Assembly (NCBI RefSeq): GCF_006345805.1
Contig: NC_043001.1
Location: 78,802,001-78,866,000 of the forward strand
DNA length: 64,000 bases
DNA from: Octopus sinensis
Taxonomy: Eukaryota
Reading direction: 5' to 3'
The stretch's first letter is position 1; the number at the start of each line of letters is the position of its first letter. Positions 26,356 through 38,825 of this stretch are shown here, one piece after another. The position numbers and the translations under genes were made by a program. The notes under the pieces were generated by a model. That model ran no database searches. It saw nothing but the letters and a program-made list of their open reading frames with translations, and was not told the origin of the DNA.

Positions 26356-27653
26356 GGTGTCGCCTTAATTTTACTCAGATTGCTGTGAATTTTGGTGAAT
26401 CGATTCAACTCTGAATTTTTATTTCTATCAACCAATTACTTTATCTCGTAAATTAAATAATCTGATATTATTTGGTATTAAATGTGAGAAATTTAGATAA
26501 TTTTAGACAATCACCAGACAGCGTTGCGTTAGCAACTTCTTACCATGACAAGTGCACGCTGTGATGTGGTTCACAGCTGCCTGTGCGGCTGTTGCCTATG
26601 TTGATTTTTCACACTTGATTCTTTAAACCACGAGATTCTTTTCACCCGCATGTTTTGTTTTTATTTTTATGCGTTAGTATATTACATATTTTTCTGTGTT
26701 TCTGTGTGTTAGGATTTTCCTGTACAAGTGTTAGAATTTTTACAAATGTTTCATTTCATATATTTTTGGGACTCATTGACTCAGATAGCTGAATTTGTGA
26801 TTTCACTAGGTTAATTCTATTCATAAAAAATTAAATAAGGCGTATTTCTTAAACTGTTATCTTCACATTTCAGCAGCTTTACTAAAATTTAGCACACGTA
26901 ACAGTAACTGAGCATGTAACAGAGAAGCTGTCACTGATACAGATAATTTGACATTACTTTTGAATTCTGCATGCCAAAATGTATAGGATACAGTTATCCT
27001 TTTCCTTGGAACAAATTTTTTCTTGACCAGTGTTATTCTTATCGTACTTTACAAATCTAAGCATGAAAACGTCACCCAACCTCGGAGTTTTGGAGATAGA
27101 CCTCCACTTTTAACACGTACGCACACACACATACACATACACACACATGCACTTATATATTAATGATGTACACAAATACATGGCAGATAGACATAATACT
27201 GAAACACGCATAAAATAAACATATACAGATAAATATATTATTATCATATAAAAAAGTAAAAAGAATTAAAAAAATACAATCAATGAAGAGACAAAAGAAA
27301 AAGATGATACATGTTGATTTTATTAGGGATTTCTGTTTATTTAGAAACCTGCAATGAAAAGATCAGACGATAAACTATAAATTTCACAGGGTATAAACTT
27401 AAATTTAACAAAGCTCCGCTAAACGCAGAAAATTTCTGTCTCGCTATTGGCAATAAGTACACAGTTTCTTCAATTCTTAAACCTCTGTAACATTTTTCTT
27501 GAATTTGTTTTCTCCACATCATACGTTCAAAGCAATTAAATTGGAAGGCTGCGCTATTATAGCTGATTTTCAGATTTTTACCTCCTATTTTGCGAATGAA
27601 AAACACTATATTTGATATATATATATATATATATATATATTAATATATATATA

Positions 27654-27708
<55 letters not shown>

Positions 27709-28105
27709 GTATATATAGCTGATACATAGATATTGCATTTGTACGCCGTTAAATATCTGATGATGGTCTTTAAGAGCGTAATCATCTAAAGGAGTATTGG
27801 AGTGTGTATATATATATAAATATATATATAAACATACATAATTCGACACCGTGCGTATGTTCTAAGTGCACAACTTGGTTGGTACACGTTAAAAAAAGAT
27901 TAAAAATACGAAGTGGTGGGACGAAGAAAAAAGAAAGAAGGAGAGAGAGACAATGAATTGAAAAATAGCGTTCCGAAAGTATCTAACACCAAGTTACTTT
28001 AAAGCTCTTCTGTATAAGCGTGTAAACGCACACTTACAGAAATATATACAATAGTAACACATATGTATACACGCGTACAAATATACAAATAAACATATAA
28101 GCATA

Positions 28106-28422
28106 TATCAACATGACCGACCAGGCTATCAGAAGTTGCTACACATCGCTGTTCACAATGCACTTCGCATTGTTTTAGCGTTCAAATGATGCCACCCCGC
28201 TGGCTAAGCGAGTAGGCCAAAAGAAGAAAGAGTGAAAGAAAGTTGTGGCAAAAGAGTACAGCAGGGATCGCTACGACCCACTGCGATAGCCTCGTGGAGC
28301 TTTAGGTGTTTTCGCTCAATAAACACTCACAATGCCCAGTCTGGGAATCGAATCCACGATCCTAAATGGCGATCCTATGACCGCGAGTCCGCTGCCCTAA
28401 CTACTTGGCCATTGTCCCTCCA
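28106..28422 (-). mobile_element. tRNA-derived SINE (same head and tail as the 3034 copy, different middle)
   Basis: Minus strand TGGCCAAGTAGTTAGGGCAGCGGACTCGCGGTCATAGGATC...TTCGATTCCCAGACTGGG; tail GGCCTACTCGCTTAGCC...GCATTGTGAACAGCGATGTGTAGCAAC..TGATAGCCTGGTC. Confidence 0.8.
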
Positions 28423-29113
28423 CATACGCATATATATATATATATACATACATGCACTTTGTTTATTTTCATAAAGCTTCCCGTTATATATTATGCGCTC
28501 ACGTGGTCTCACTTTCATCCTATATTCTACCAATACCACTATCAACACTTACCTCTACCTTGGATTTTCTTTACCTCTTGGATACTTACCATTGGCTGCA
28601 CCTCTCTTTCGCGGATCAAAGTGACTTGCATTGATGTGAAATCCTTAAAAAATATACCACGACGTCTACACATTTCTCACCTTGAACTTTCAACCTTGAA
28701 CTTGTTCGCATAAACTGTCCGTTTGTTGTATTTTTATTTTCTCTTATATTACCACTTTTTTTACATTCATTTCATGCTTCCCACATTTTCCTGAATTTTT
28801 GTTCTCCTTTCCGTCTTTCTTCCTCTCTGGATGTCCATACTCCGTTTCCTCTGCCTGCACCCCCCTTTTTTTTGCCTCCCCCTCTCTCTGCTTCCCTTCT
28901 TTCTTTCCCTTTTCCGTTTGCCCGCCGTCTTTTCTGCCCCTATCGCTTACTTATCTAGTTTTTTCATACGATATTATTTTTTTGTTTTTTGAACGTTTGT
29001 TTTTTCCCCCTTTTTCGCTATCCTTTTTTTCTATTTTTTTCATACGATAATTTTTGTTTTTTGTTTTTTTTTGTTTTTTTTCGAACGTTTTTTTTTTTCC
29101 GCTATCCCCCATC

Positions 29114-32001
29114 ATGCCACCCATCACCGTTTGAAGGATCATCTACGTTCGCTTCCTGTATATTGCCTTCAGCCGTCCGTTAATCTCTCTCTACTTCTTT
29201 TTAAAAAAACCGCTTCTCTAGCCATGTCTCTTTCCTAAGCCGCTGCCTACATCACCGACTCATCCCTAAAGGTTCCGCCTCCACTTCCACCCTGCTCTCC
29301 ACTCGGATTCTTCCATCTTACCCATACTCCGCACCACATCTTACCGCCTTATGCGGGCCACCATTCGCTCCAATCTCTCCCAACTACATGCCATCAACCG
29401 CCTTCTTCCTCCTGCTTTCTCCACTTCTTCTCCTCTCTGCCGCCTCTCTATGCTCCAAACACGCTACGCTTCATTATCCATTTGAATCAACTCTTCCATC
29501 AATTTCTTTCTGATACCAACTTCGTAAACTCCAATCACTCTTCCATTCCACCCTACCCGACGCCACTACCCCAACTCCTCCCCACCACCCTTCTCCCCTC
29601 CCGATAGGCTCCATCCACCCACACCTAACCCACTGCCCCTCCCTACAACCCCTTCTCCCCTCCCGTTAGGCTCCATCCACCTACACCTAACCCTACTCGC
29701 CCCGCCCAACCACCCCCCACACACCTCCCCAATCCCTCCCCCTCAGACCTCCACGAGACCTACCACCCCCTCCTACTTCTATTCCACCCACCCCTTCTCC
29801 ACTTCCGTCTGTTGTTACCATTCCCCCCGATCTTCCCCTCTCTGCGGCTGAACGCTCCGTCCTTGGTAGGGGTCTGCGTTTCATCCCCCTCACTCCATCC
29901 TGTAAGGAATTCCAGACGCGAGTTGATGTCCACAGCTTTGTGCGCCGTGTCCGGTTGGGTGCGCATTACCACGACTCGCCACCCACACCCAACGAAGAGG
30001 ACGACTGCTTCACTGGCCTGGGCCGCCGACCATCCCCGTGGACGCCTGCCCCTGGCCAGATCCTAGCAGTGGATCTTTTCGCGGGCGCTTGTCAGCGTGC
30101 ATTGGAGCGGTTCAACTTCTCCAGGCGCCAACGCCGCCTCAACATCTCCCCGGCTGAGCTCTTGGCTCTTCGTTCCCTCCAACGGCGCGCTGACATTATC
30201 ATCAAACCGGCTGACAAGGGTGGAGCTGTAGTGGTGTGGCGCGCGGACCTCTATAGGGCCGAGGCTTTCCGCCAACTCAATGACACCTCCTTCTATTCCC
30301 CTCTGCCCTCTAACCCCACACGTAGCTACCAACAGACGGTATCCTCTACTGTCCAAGACCTCATCTCGTCCTCCCGTCTCCCCCGCACCGCATCCAACCT
30401 AATTGTGCGAACCCCACGTACCCCCACCATTTACTTCCTCCCCAAAATCCACAAACCCAACAACCCTGGCCGCCCCATCGTCTCCGCCTGTAACTGCCCC
30501 ACGGAGCTCATCTCTAAATACCTCGACCGTGTCCTTGCCCCCCTAGTGGCATCTCTTCCCTCCCACATCCACGATACCAACCATGCTCTCCGGCTTTTCA
30601 ACTCTTTCTCCTTTCCTCCCGGCTCCTCCAAAATCCTTTTTACTATGGACATCCAAAGCCTCTATACTGTTATCCCTCACCACGAAGGACTGCAGGCCCT
30701 TCGACACTTTCTTGACCTCCGCTCTAACCCTGTACCTGACACCTCCACACTCATTCGTCTGGCCGAACTTGTCCTTACTCTGAACTGCTTCTCGTTCGCG
30801 GGCGAGTTCTACCATCAGGTCTCGGGAGTGGCCATGGGAACGCGAATGGGCCCCAACTATGCGAACCTGTTCGTTGGCTATGTTGAGGCCAAATATTCTC
30901 TAATTTCACTGGTCCCACTCCTGAACTATATGGTCGTTATATTGACGACATTATCGGTGCCACCTCACTCTCCCGCGAACATCTAGATTCCTTCCTCTCT
31001 TTCGTCCAATCTTTCCATCCAGCCCTCCACTTCACTTCCACTATCTCCAACACCTCTGTCTCCTTCCTCGACATTTCGGTTAGCATTCTTCACTCCACTC
31101 TTACCACCTCCATTCACTACAAACACACAGACTCACACTCATACCTCAACTTCTCTTCCTCCCACCCAGAACACACCAAGCTTTCCATCCCCTATTCCCA
31201 ATTCCTCCGTCTACGTAGGCTCTGTAGTGACGACCATGACTTTGAGACTCAGTCTCAACGTATGGCTCACCACTTCACCCTACGTGGATACCCCCTCACC
31301 ACTATCCACACCGCCCTTGCCAGAGCACGGTCCGTGGACCGTGTATCTGCTCTCTCTCCCCGAACCCGCCCTGTAGTCTCCCGCCCCTCCTCCCTTCCCC
31401 CTCACTTACCACCCCACCACGACCTACGTCTCCAACGCACCATTCTTCGAGCTTTCCGTCATCTCCAGTCCGACCCGTCCACTTCACACCTCTTCCCTAA
31501 CCGACCCCTCCCCTCTTTCAAACGAGCCCACAACCTTCGAGACCTTTTGGTCCATAGCTCCTTCCCTGACCCTACCTCCCAACCCGGCTCGTTCCCCTGC
31601 TCCCGCCCACGTTGCCGCACTTGCCCTTACCTCTCCAACACCACCCGCCTCACTAGCACCCACCATCGACCCTATCCCATCATCCACTCCTTCACCTGCA
31701 CCTCCAGCAATATTATCTATTGCATCTCTTGCTCTCTCTGCAATTCCTTGTACATCGGACAAACGGACGCCGCTTGGCTGACCGGTTCGCGGAACACCTT
31801 CGTGACATCCACCTTGCGAACGACACACCGGTCTCACGCCATTTCCGCTCCACCGGTCACTCCTTGCAACACCTATCTGTGTTCGGTTTGTCCTTACACA
31901 GAGGCCATCCGGATTCCCGTTTGCGCCGTGAACAGGAATTAATCTTCTCTCTTCGCTCTTATACGCCATTTGGTCTCAACTCTCCCCCCCTCCTCATCTA
32001 A
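29114..32001 (+). pseudogene. Penelope-like RT plus GIY-YIG polyprotein (frameshifted as assembled)
   Basis: N-terminal HVSFLSRCLHHRLIPKG(F) and VVTIPPDLPLSAAERSVLGRGLRFIP. RT motifs IKPADKGGAVVVW, YFLPKIHKPNNPGRPIVS, FTMDIQSLYT, GVAMGTRMGPNYANLF and YGRYIDD (~30930-30949). Linker CSRPRCRTC (the Cys linker typical of Neptune). NIIYCISCSLCNSLYIGQT-GRRLADRFAEH. Start codon at 29114 is inferred. Confidence 0.9.
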
Positions 32002-32829
32002 CCCCCCCCTCTCCCCCTCCTCACCTATCCTTTCTCCCCCCCCCCCGACCCCTACTTCTTCCTTCAGTCCTTCATCCTTTCACCCCTACTTTCCTTCCCT
32101 TCTCCCCTCCTCCCCCTTCCCCTTCTTCCTCCTTCTCCCTCCCTCTTCCCCTTCCCTCTCTCCCTCACTCTCCCTCTCCCCTGTCTCCCTCCCCCCTTCC
32201 CTCTTTCCTCCTTCATCCCCTCCTCCCCTTCCTTCTTCTTTCCCCCCCATCCTCCTCCTCATCCCTTCTCCTCACTACACCACATGACTTTAACATCACA
32301 TCACATATGATGTGCCATACTAATACACACACCAACAAATACATACTAATACGTACTAATACATACTAGTACATACTAATACTTACACCAACCCTATACA
32401 TACACACGTCCAGACCCCGCATACGCACTTATACTCTCTCACACACACACACCACACACCTATACATACCAATACGTACTAATACATACTAATACATACT
32501 AATACATACACCAACCACATACATACGCACGTCCAGACCAATCTTACGCACTAATACTCTCTCATACACACACACACACACACCACACACCCTTATACAT
32601 ACTAATACATACACAACCAACCCTATACATATACACATCCAGACCCTCCCACGCACATTTTAGCTGGTCCTCAACCCATTTATCAACCCTATTATCTCCC
32701 CTTATTTCGCTCTCGCGTCTCATGTTTGATCTTTGACCTCTGGCCGAAATCAGATCGCCATGTTGATTCGTTAGCTACTGCACGCATTTTTTTTCTCTCC
32801 TTCTTTCTGTGTTTTTCTCTCTCTGTGTA

Positions 32830-32867
32830 TCTTTCTGTTGAAGAGCGTAGGCTCGAAACGTTAAAGA
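32830..32867 (+). ncRNA. Minimal type-I hammerhead ribozyme motif (A6U core variant)
   Basis: Stem I UCUUU/AAAGA; core CUGUUGA+A; stem II GAGC-GUAG-GCUC; GAAA; palindromic ACGU stem III; predicted cleavage after GUU (32862). Folded by eye. Confidence 0.65.
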
Positions 32868-33159
32868 CTTTTTTATTTATATTTCCTGAGCGCCATACTA
32901 ATACAATTGTTCGTTTGTTTTCACATGCCTTCGTCTTTTGTTTATTTTCATAAAGCTTCCCGTTATATATATATAATATATATATATATATATAATATAT
33001 ATATATATATTATACATACACACACACACACACATATATATATACAAATATACAGATAAACATACATATAGACACCATAAAATGTATAGGCATACGTGTA
33101 TAGTTAAATCACGTGGTATTTTATGATGCTTGTGCTGCTTTAATAATAAAGAAGATTCT

Positions 33160-33669
33160 TCTATATATAAATTCGAGTCATGTTTCTCTGTTTGTTACGT
33201 TTTATGTTCGTTAACTCCTCCCAGACTGTTGTTGCAATGACAACGAAACTCAAACCAGCAGCTCCCTAATCGTAGGGAATGTACTAAGGAATCTACTTTT
33301 CTATTGGTCGACTAATTGGGGCCCCAATGACGCCACCCCTAAATTTACTGCATTTTAAACTAAATACATGGCATTGGCGACCAATCCGGAGCAGCGACAA
33401 TGGATTTCATATCATGAACTCCCAGGATGTATCGTCACGAGGTTCAATTTCTAAAAGGTCGCTTAAATAGCGCCCCAATGCATTTACCCCGCTCCTACGC
33501 CTAATGATTGTACTATGATCAGTATCAATGCTTAGCACGATTGCAGAAATAAATTTCATCACACAAGGGTAGAGGTCCGCGAAGCTCCGCAACAGTGGGG
33601 CCGAAAGCCTCAAAGGTGTCTCTGCAGGAGCTAACCTGAATGCCGCCCGAATGGCGGCTTCAAGGCTAG
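33160..33669 (+). mobile_element. Non-autonomous Helitron
   Basis: 5' TCTATATATAAA (33160). 3' GC-rich hairpin GCCGCC-CGAAT-GGCGGC (33642-33658), 7 nt before CTAG|T (33666-33670). The 5' boundary is less certain. Confidence 0.6.
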
Positions 33670-33812
33670 TATACACACACACACAAACACACACGGACAC
33701 ACACATGCACGGACACATACACACACACACATATATACTTACATGCATATACACATGCATACATATGTGCACAAAAGCGGTGACCTTGTGTGTACACATG
33801 CATGCATGCGTT

Positions 33813-34112
33813 AAGGCGGCGAGCTGGCAGAAACGTTAGCACGCCGGGCGAAATGCTAAGCGGTATTTCGTCTGCCGTTACGTTCTGAGTTCAAATTCCG
33901 TCGAGGTCGACTTTGCCTTTCATCCTTTCGGTTTCGATAAATTAAGTACCAGTTAGGCACTGGGTCGATGTAATCCACTTAATCCGTTTGTCTGTCCGTG
34001 TTTGTCCTCTCTGTGTTTAGTCCCTTGTGGTTACTAATGAAATATGTATTTTGTCTGCCGCTGTGTTCTGAGTTCAAATTCCGCCGAGGTCGACTTTGCC
34101 TTTCATCCTTAC
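33813..34112 (+). mobile_element. tRNA-derived SINE, major family, with partial second unit
   Basis: Near-consensus head AAGGCGGCGAGCTGGCAGAAACGTTAGCACGCCGGGCGAAATGC and body. Confidence 0.92.
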
Positions 34113-34147
34113 GGATGAAATAAGATCTTCGAAATAAGAACTTCGAA

Positions 34148-34372
34148 AATATTGCTTTCTAATCTTGGCTCAAGGCCAGCAATTTCGGGATAGATTATAA
34201 GTCAATTCTATCTACCCAGTGTTCAACTGGTACTTATTTTTTCGAGACCTAAATGTATGAAAGTAAAATTCAACCTACAAGGAATTTGAACTCAGAGCGT
34301 AAACATGGACAAAATACCATTAAATGTTTTGCCTCGCGGGTAACGATTCAATAAACACGCCACTTTAGTCAC
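34148..34372 (-). mobile_element. Decayed major-family SINE, inverted relative to its neighbour
   Basis: CAAGGCCAGCAATTTCGGG...CAACTGGTACTTATTT...GGAATTTGAACTCAGAGCG. Confidence 0.75.
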
Positions 34373-36378
34373 TGTGTAAAAATATTGCTTGCAAATTTTA
34401 ACGAATTTTATACATTACTACATACACACACATATACAAAAGCACGCATACTAGCAGACACATAAACACTTATAAAAACACGCAATGCGTTTCCTATTTC
34501 TCATATATTTTATTATTGTAAAATATAATCATGAACATAGATCTTTCAATCATCGTGATATTGATTGAAAATAATTTGATAAATATTAGTAGAGTATTTT
34601 TAGGAATATATATATAATATATAATTAGAGTATACACAACAACCGTGTAGGTATATATATATATATATGCATGTGTTTGTTTATCTGTATGAATTTATGT
34701 GTGTGTTTACAAAATGAAGTAAATAAAGAAATAAATACGCTAAATACAGGAAATTGTTTGTGGTAATAACTGGCAGTAGTTATTACTTATCTTTCTTTGA
34801 AACTGAATTACAAATACGTATTCACAGACGCCTAAATACCATCTTCTTTGAGATTTATTTAAGTTTTTCATAATATAGTTCAAACCAGTCGGTAACCATA
34901 AGACAAGACTTTTTGATTTAAGGTGTGCAGTTCACCGATGGAAAGGCTCACTGAGACATCACTATGCATCGACCTTGATGTGTTTAATCATCGCGTAAAG
35001 AACCTGCCAGAACGTAAAGAGTTAATAGGCACGTTATTGTTTGGATTCTCATTCTGCTGTGAGCACTTCATGAATTATTACGCGCCAGCAAACAATTTGT
35101 TAGCTGATTACTGTAAACAACATGCTCTTGTGCGATTCATCGGTCCGGTGGTGTGACTTTGAGAAGACATACAACGAAACCGAAACGCGGTGTCATATCA
35201 AACTGCGCTTTAACTGGAGAAGCGCATATTTTATGACCACTCATCACCTATGTTGAAAAGGTCTTTTCCGATGACGAATAACAATAGTGAGCAGACATCT
35301 GCTTTCTAATCTGCCAAAATGTATTAAGAATGAGTAGATGCGTTATTGTTCTCATTCTTTTGCTCGCTCCTCCCGAAAATAATAATAATCTCCGAAAAAT
35401 TGTGTTTAGGTTATCACTTGGAGGAATATAATAATTAACGAAAAATTCTCATCTAGTGACAAGAAATATAACACTAAATCCTGAATAGGAAAACTTAAAT
35501 CGTTTTCGAAGATGGGTTTAAGACAAAAGAATCGTAAAACAAAACAACCGATGTAAAAGATACAATATCGGACTTCCATTTAATCCGCTACAAGCAGAGA
35601 GAAAACAGTTATCAGAAATTAAATCTTCTCAAATGTTTACGCTTCAAATTTAGTCATTAATTTCGCAGTCATCTTCATCCAATATTTACCATTTATATAT
35701 GATATTCTGTGTATACGTAGGTGTGAGAGTGGATAAAGCACGTCACCAATCGGAGCGCTCAAAAGTTGTTAGAATGTGTCTCGTCGTGATTGTCGTGCCC
35801 CCTCGTGGTTGTCATGTATGATATTTGGCATTTGGATATAGTTACAACAATCAGAGCAAAATATTATTATAAGGAGAAGGATACCTACAATATGTTTTGT
35901 GTTGAAATCATATTAAATCCTTCATTCAGGGTTTTAGGTTGTCCTTCTCTAAAACCTTACGAGGATGCTTTCTGCTAGTATGGAATGAATCGATTTTTCT
36001 CTGTTTTCTGTACAACTGCGTATACACACAGTGGTACACTCATATTTATCAATATCTAAGCAATATATCTCTCTTTTTGTCCCTCATTTTCTTTGTGCGT
36101 GTATGTGTATATATACATAAATATATACACATAGACACACGTACACACATATACATACATATATACATACATACACACCCATACACACACGAATACACAC
36201 ACATACACAGACACACATATAGATTTTTATATCTGTATCTTTTATTATATGAAACAATTCATATCTGTTTTTAAGTAGATAATATTTATTTTACCCAAAA
36301 TGAAAATTTACTGTCCCTGACTGGATAATAATAGATAATAACACTGCTATTCCGATAACAAACTCATAAATGTTGGCC

Positions 36379-36429
<51 letters not shown>

Positions 36430-36904
36430 ACGTGCATATATATATATATATGTATTCATATATATATATATACATAGATAGTCACACATATATATGTACT
36501 TATATATATATATATTTGTGTGTGTGTGTGTTTTATTATACACACACACACGTACAGATATAGACATACACACGTACAGATATAGACACACACACACAAC
36601 ACACACACACACCACACATATATATTACACACACAATACGCACACTCACACATTCCACTGACAAACACTCGTTCACGTATGTTTTATGCTATACAAACGA
36701 TATTTTGTAATCCCTTTACGGCCTCAACTGTTATCAAAGCATTCAGGCCCCACTGTTTGTTTTCTTTTATTTTTTGCATAAAAACCCTTTATCTACACTT
36801 ATTTGATTACAATGATATAACACTGCAAATGTACTACAGTATTTATTAGTATCGGGATAACCGACCGACAACAATAAGCTGCTGTAGCATATGTTTTGTT
36901 GCTG

Positions 36905-37024
36905 GTGTTGTTGCTGATGACGATGATGATGACGATGATGATTAGGATGATGATGATGATGAGGATGATGATGCCGACAACGACGAAAACGATGTTCATG
37001 ATGATGACGACGTCAGTGATGGTG

Positions 37025-37067
<43 letters not shown>

Positions 37068-37158
37068 TAACAATTTTAATAAGGATGATGATGATGATGA
37101 TGATGATGATATTCAGGAAGATGATGATGATGATGATGACAACGTCAGTGATGGGGAT

Positions 37159-37232
<74 letters not shown>

Positions 37233-37325
37233 CAATGATGATGATGAAGATGACGAAGAGGATAATGATGATGATGGACATTGTGATGTTGATGATGGTG
37301 ATGATGATGATGATAATAATGATAG
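36905..37325. repeat. (GAT)n/(AAT)n compound microsatellite
   Basis: Directly visible. Confidence 0.95.
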
Positions 37326-38247
37326 TAGCTTATCAATTATTTTTCACATGTGCATATGTCTCCGTATTTTGTTGGAGGGGCGCCATAGATTACATAATTT
37401 TCACGTGTTTTGGGGCATTATTTATCAACTGGAATGTATGGTTTATGTTAAAAGTAATAATGAGATTAATGATCTCGAATCCATGCACCATCAATAAACA
37501 GCCTGCTAATGAACGCTGATGCCTTCATAGCGTCTATCGATCTTTCAGAAATTAAATTTCTCTCGTAATATGAAGGACATGTTTGATTTGATAATGTGGT
37601 CAGGATTTTGTAGTCATGTCTAGGCAGAAGATGGGAATAATCACAGCTGAAGTGTCTCTTGTCTCATGTCTGTTAAACAACGACAGCAGCAACAACAGCC
37701 AAGTTATTTTAACAGAACTAACAAGTTGGTCCTGGTTGTTGTTAAAATGGAAATCACAGTTAATTATAGTCGCAGTCATGGCTATGTATTTAAGCCGATC
37801 GTTTGGCAAACACTTAGTTTCAGGTTCTGTCCCAATGCATCGCATCTTGGGTGAGTATCTCCTAGATTTCCGAGCCGACCAGTACAGGCATACATACAGA
37901 CACATACGTACATTCATACGCGAGGTTCCATTTTTTGTTGTTTTTGTACTGCTTAAAGGCACGTTTCTTTCTTGCCAAGCTTACTGTTTAAACCATGTTT
38001 GTGTTCTCCCAGTCATTACTCTTCGGTTGCATATTTGTTTGAATAAAATCGTTCTTTTTTTTGGGGGGAGGGGATAGAAAAAAGTCTATCTTTATTTCTT
38101 ATTTTGCTGGTGTCTCAAATTTAGTTTAAATCAGTGTTTCTCAAAGGGGAGGCCTATAGGACGGTCGGACAATTTGTTTTGAGAAAATTTGGATTAAATG
38201 TTTGACAACTCAGCCACCGTCCATTGGACGGGAGAGCGTTTTGTTCG

Positions 38248-38278
<31 letters not shown>

Positions 38279-38649
38279 TATTATATATATCTATATATAT
38301 ATACATATATATTATCATATATACATATATGTACATACTTACATATATATAACACACATATATATGCATATATGGGTACAGGACGTCACTAAACGTAAAC
38401 AACATGTAATACGAAAACATGTAATATGAAGGCAAACTTGTGTTCGTGGACAACGAGAGAAACAAATGGAAAGCAAAAACAGGACAGGCAACATAAAGAA
38501 TGACACTTCATCAGTTGTCGGCTGTTCATCTACTCCATATTTGGAGCAATTAACGACAATAAGAGGGATTTTGAGTAGGGTCAAATTTTGTAACAAAAAC
38601 AGGACAGTGGAGAAACACAAACTAAACGAAAACAAACACTGATGGCCAC

Positions 38650-38825
38650 ATTAGCACTTCGCAGATTACAACGATGAGTGTTCTAATTGATCCGATAAGT
38701 GGACCAGCTTGCTCACAAAATTATATCCAAGTGACTGAGTATTCCACATACATGCGTACTCTCAGGGAGATTCAGCGTGACACAAATTGTCACAAGGCTG
38801 GCCTTTTAGATTATCGGTACTAGTT
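38650..38825 (-). mobile_element. Decayed interspersed repeat fragment (probably a SINE 3' part)
   Basis: TGATCCGAT..GGACCAGC..GTGACTGAG..TCCACA..GGAGATTCAGCGTGACAC..ACAAGGCTGGC aligns with 59588-59764. SINE identity and strand are inferred. Confidence 0.6.

Larger units (their letters stand above)
28458..32970 (+). mobile_element. Apparently full-length Neptune-clade Penelope-like retroelement
   Basis: Exact 34-bp direct repeat TTTGTTTATTTTCATAAAGCTTCCCGTTATATAT at 28458-28491 and 32937-32970. Pyrimidine-rich 5' region, single long frameshifted ORF, repeat-containing 3'UTR, hammerhead at 32830-32867, (TA)n at the 3' junction. Confidence 0.9.

Noticed and set aside
34923-35156. 77-aa ORF with an upstream acceptor-like site
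   Set aside because: No homologous motif recognised and the donor is ambiguous.
38400-38560. CTGATGAAG on the minus strand, hammerhead-like
   Set aside because: No stem II or GAAA follows. It may belong to a repeat terminus but is not a supportable ribozyme.
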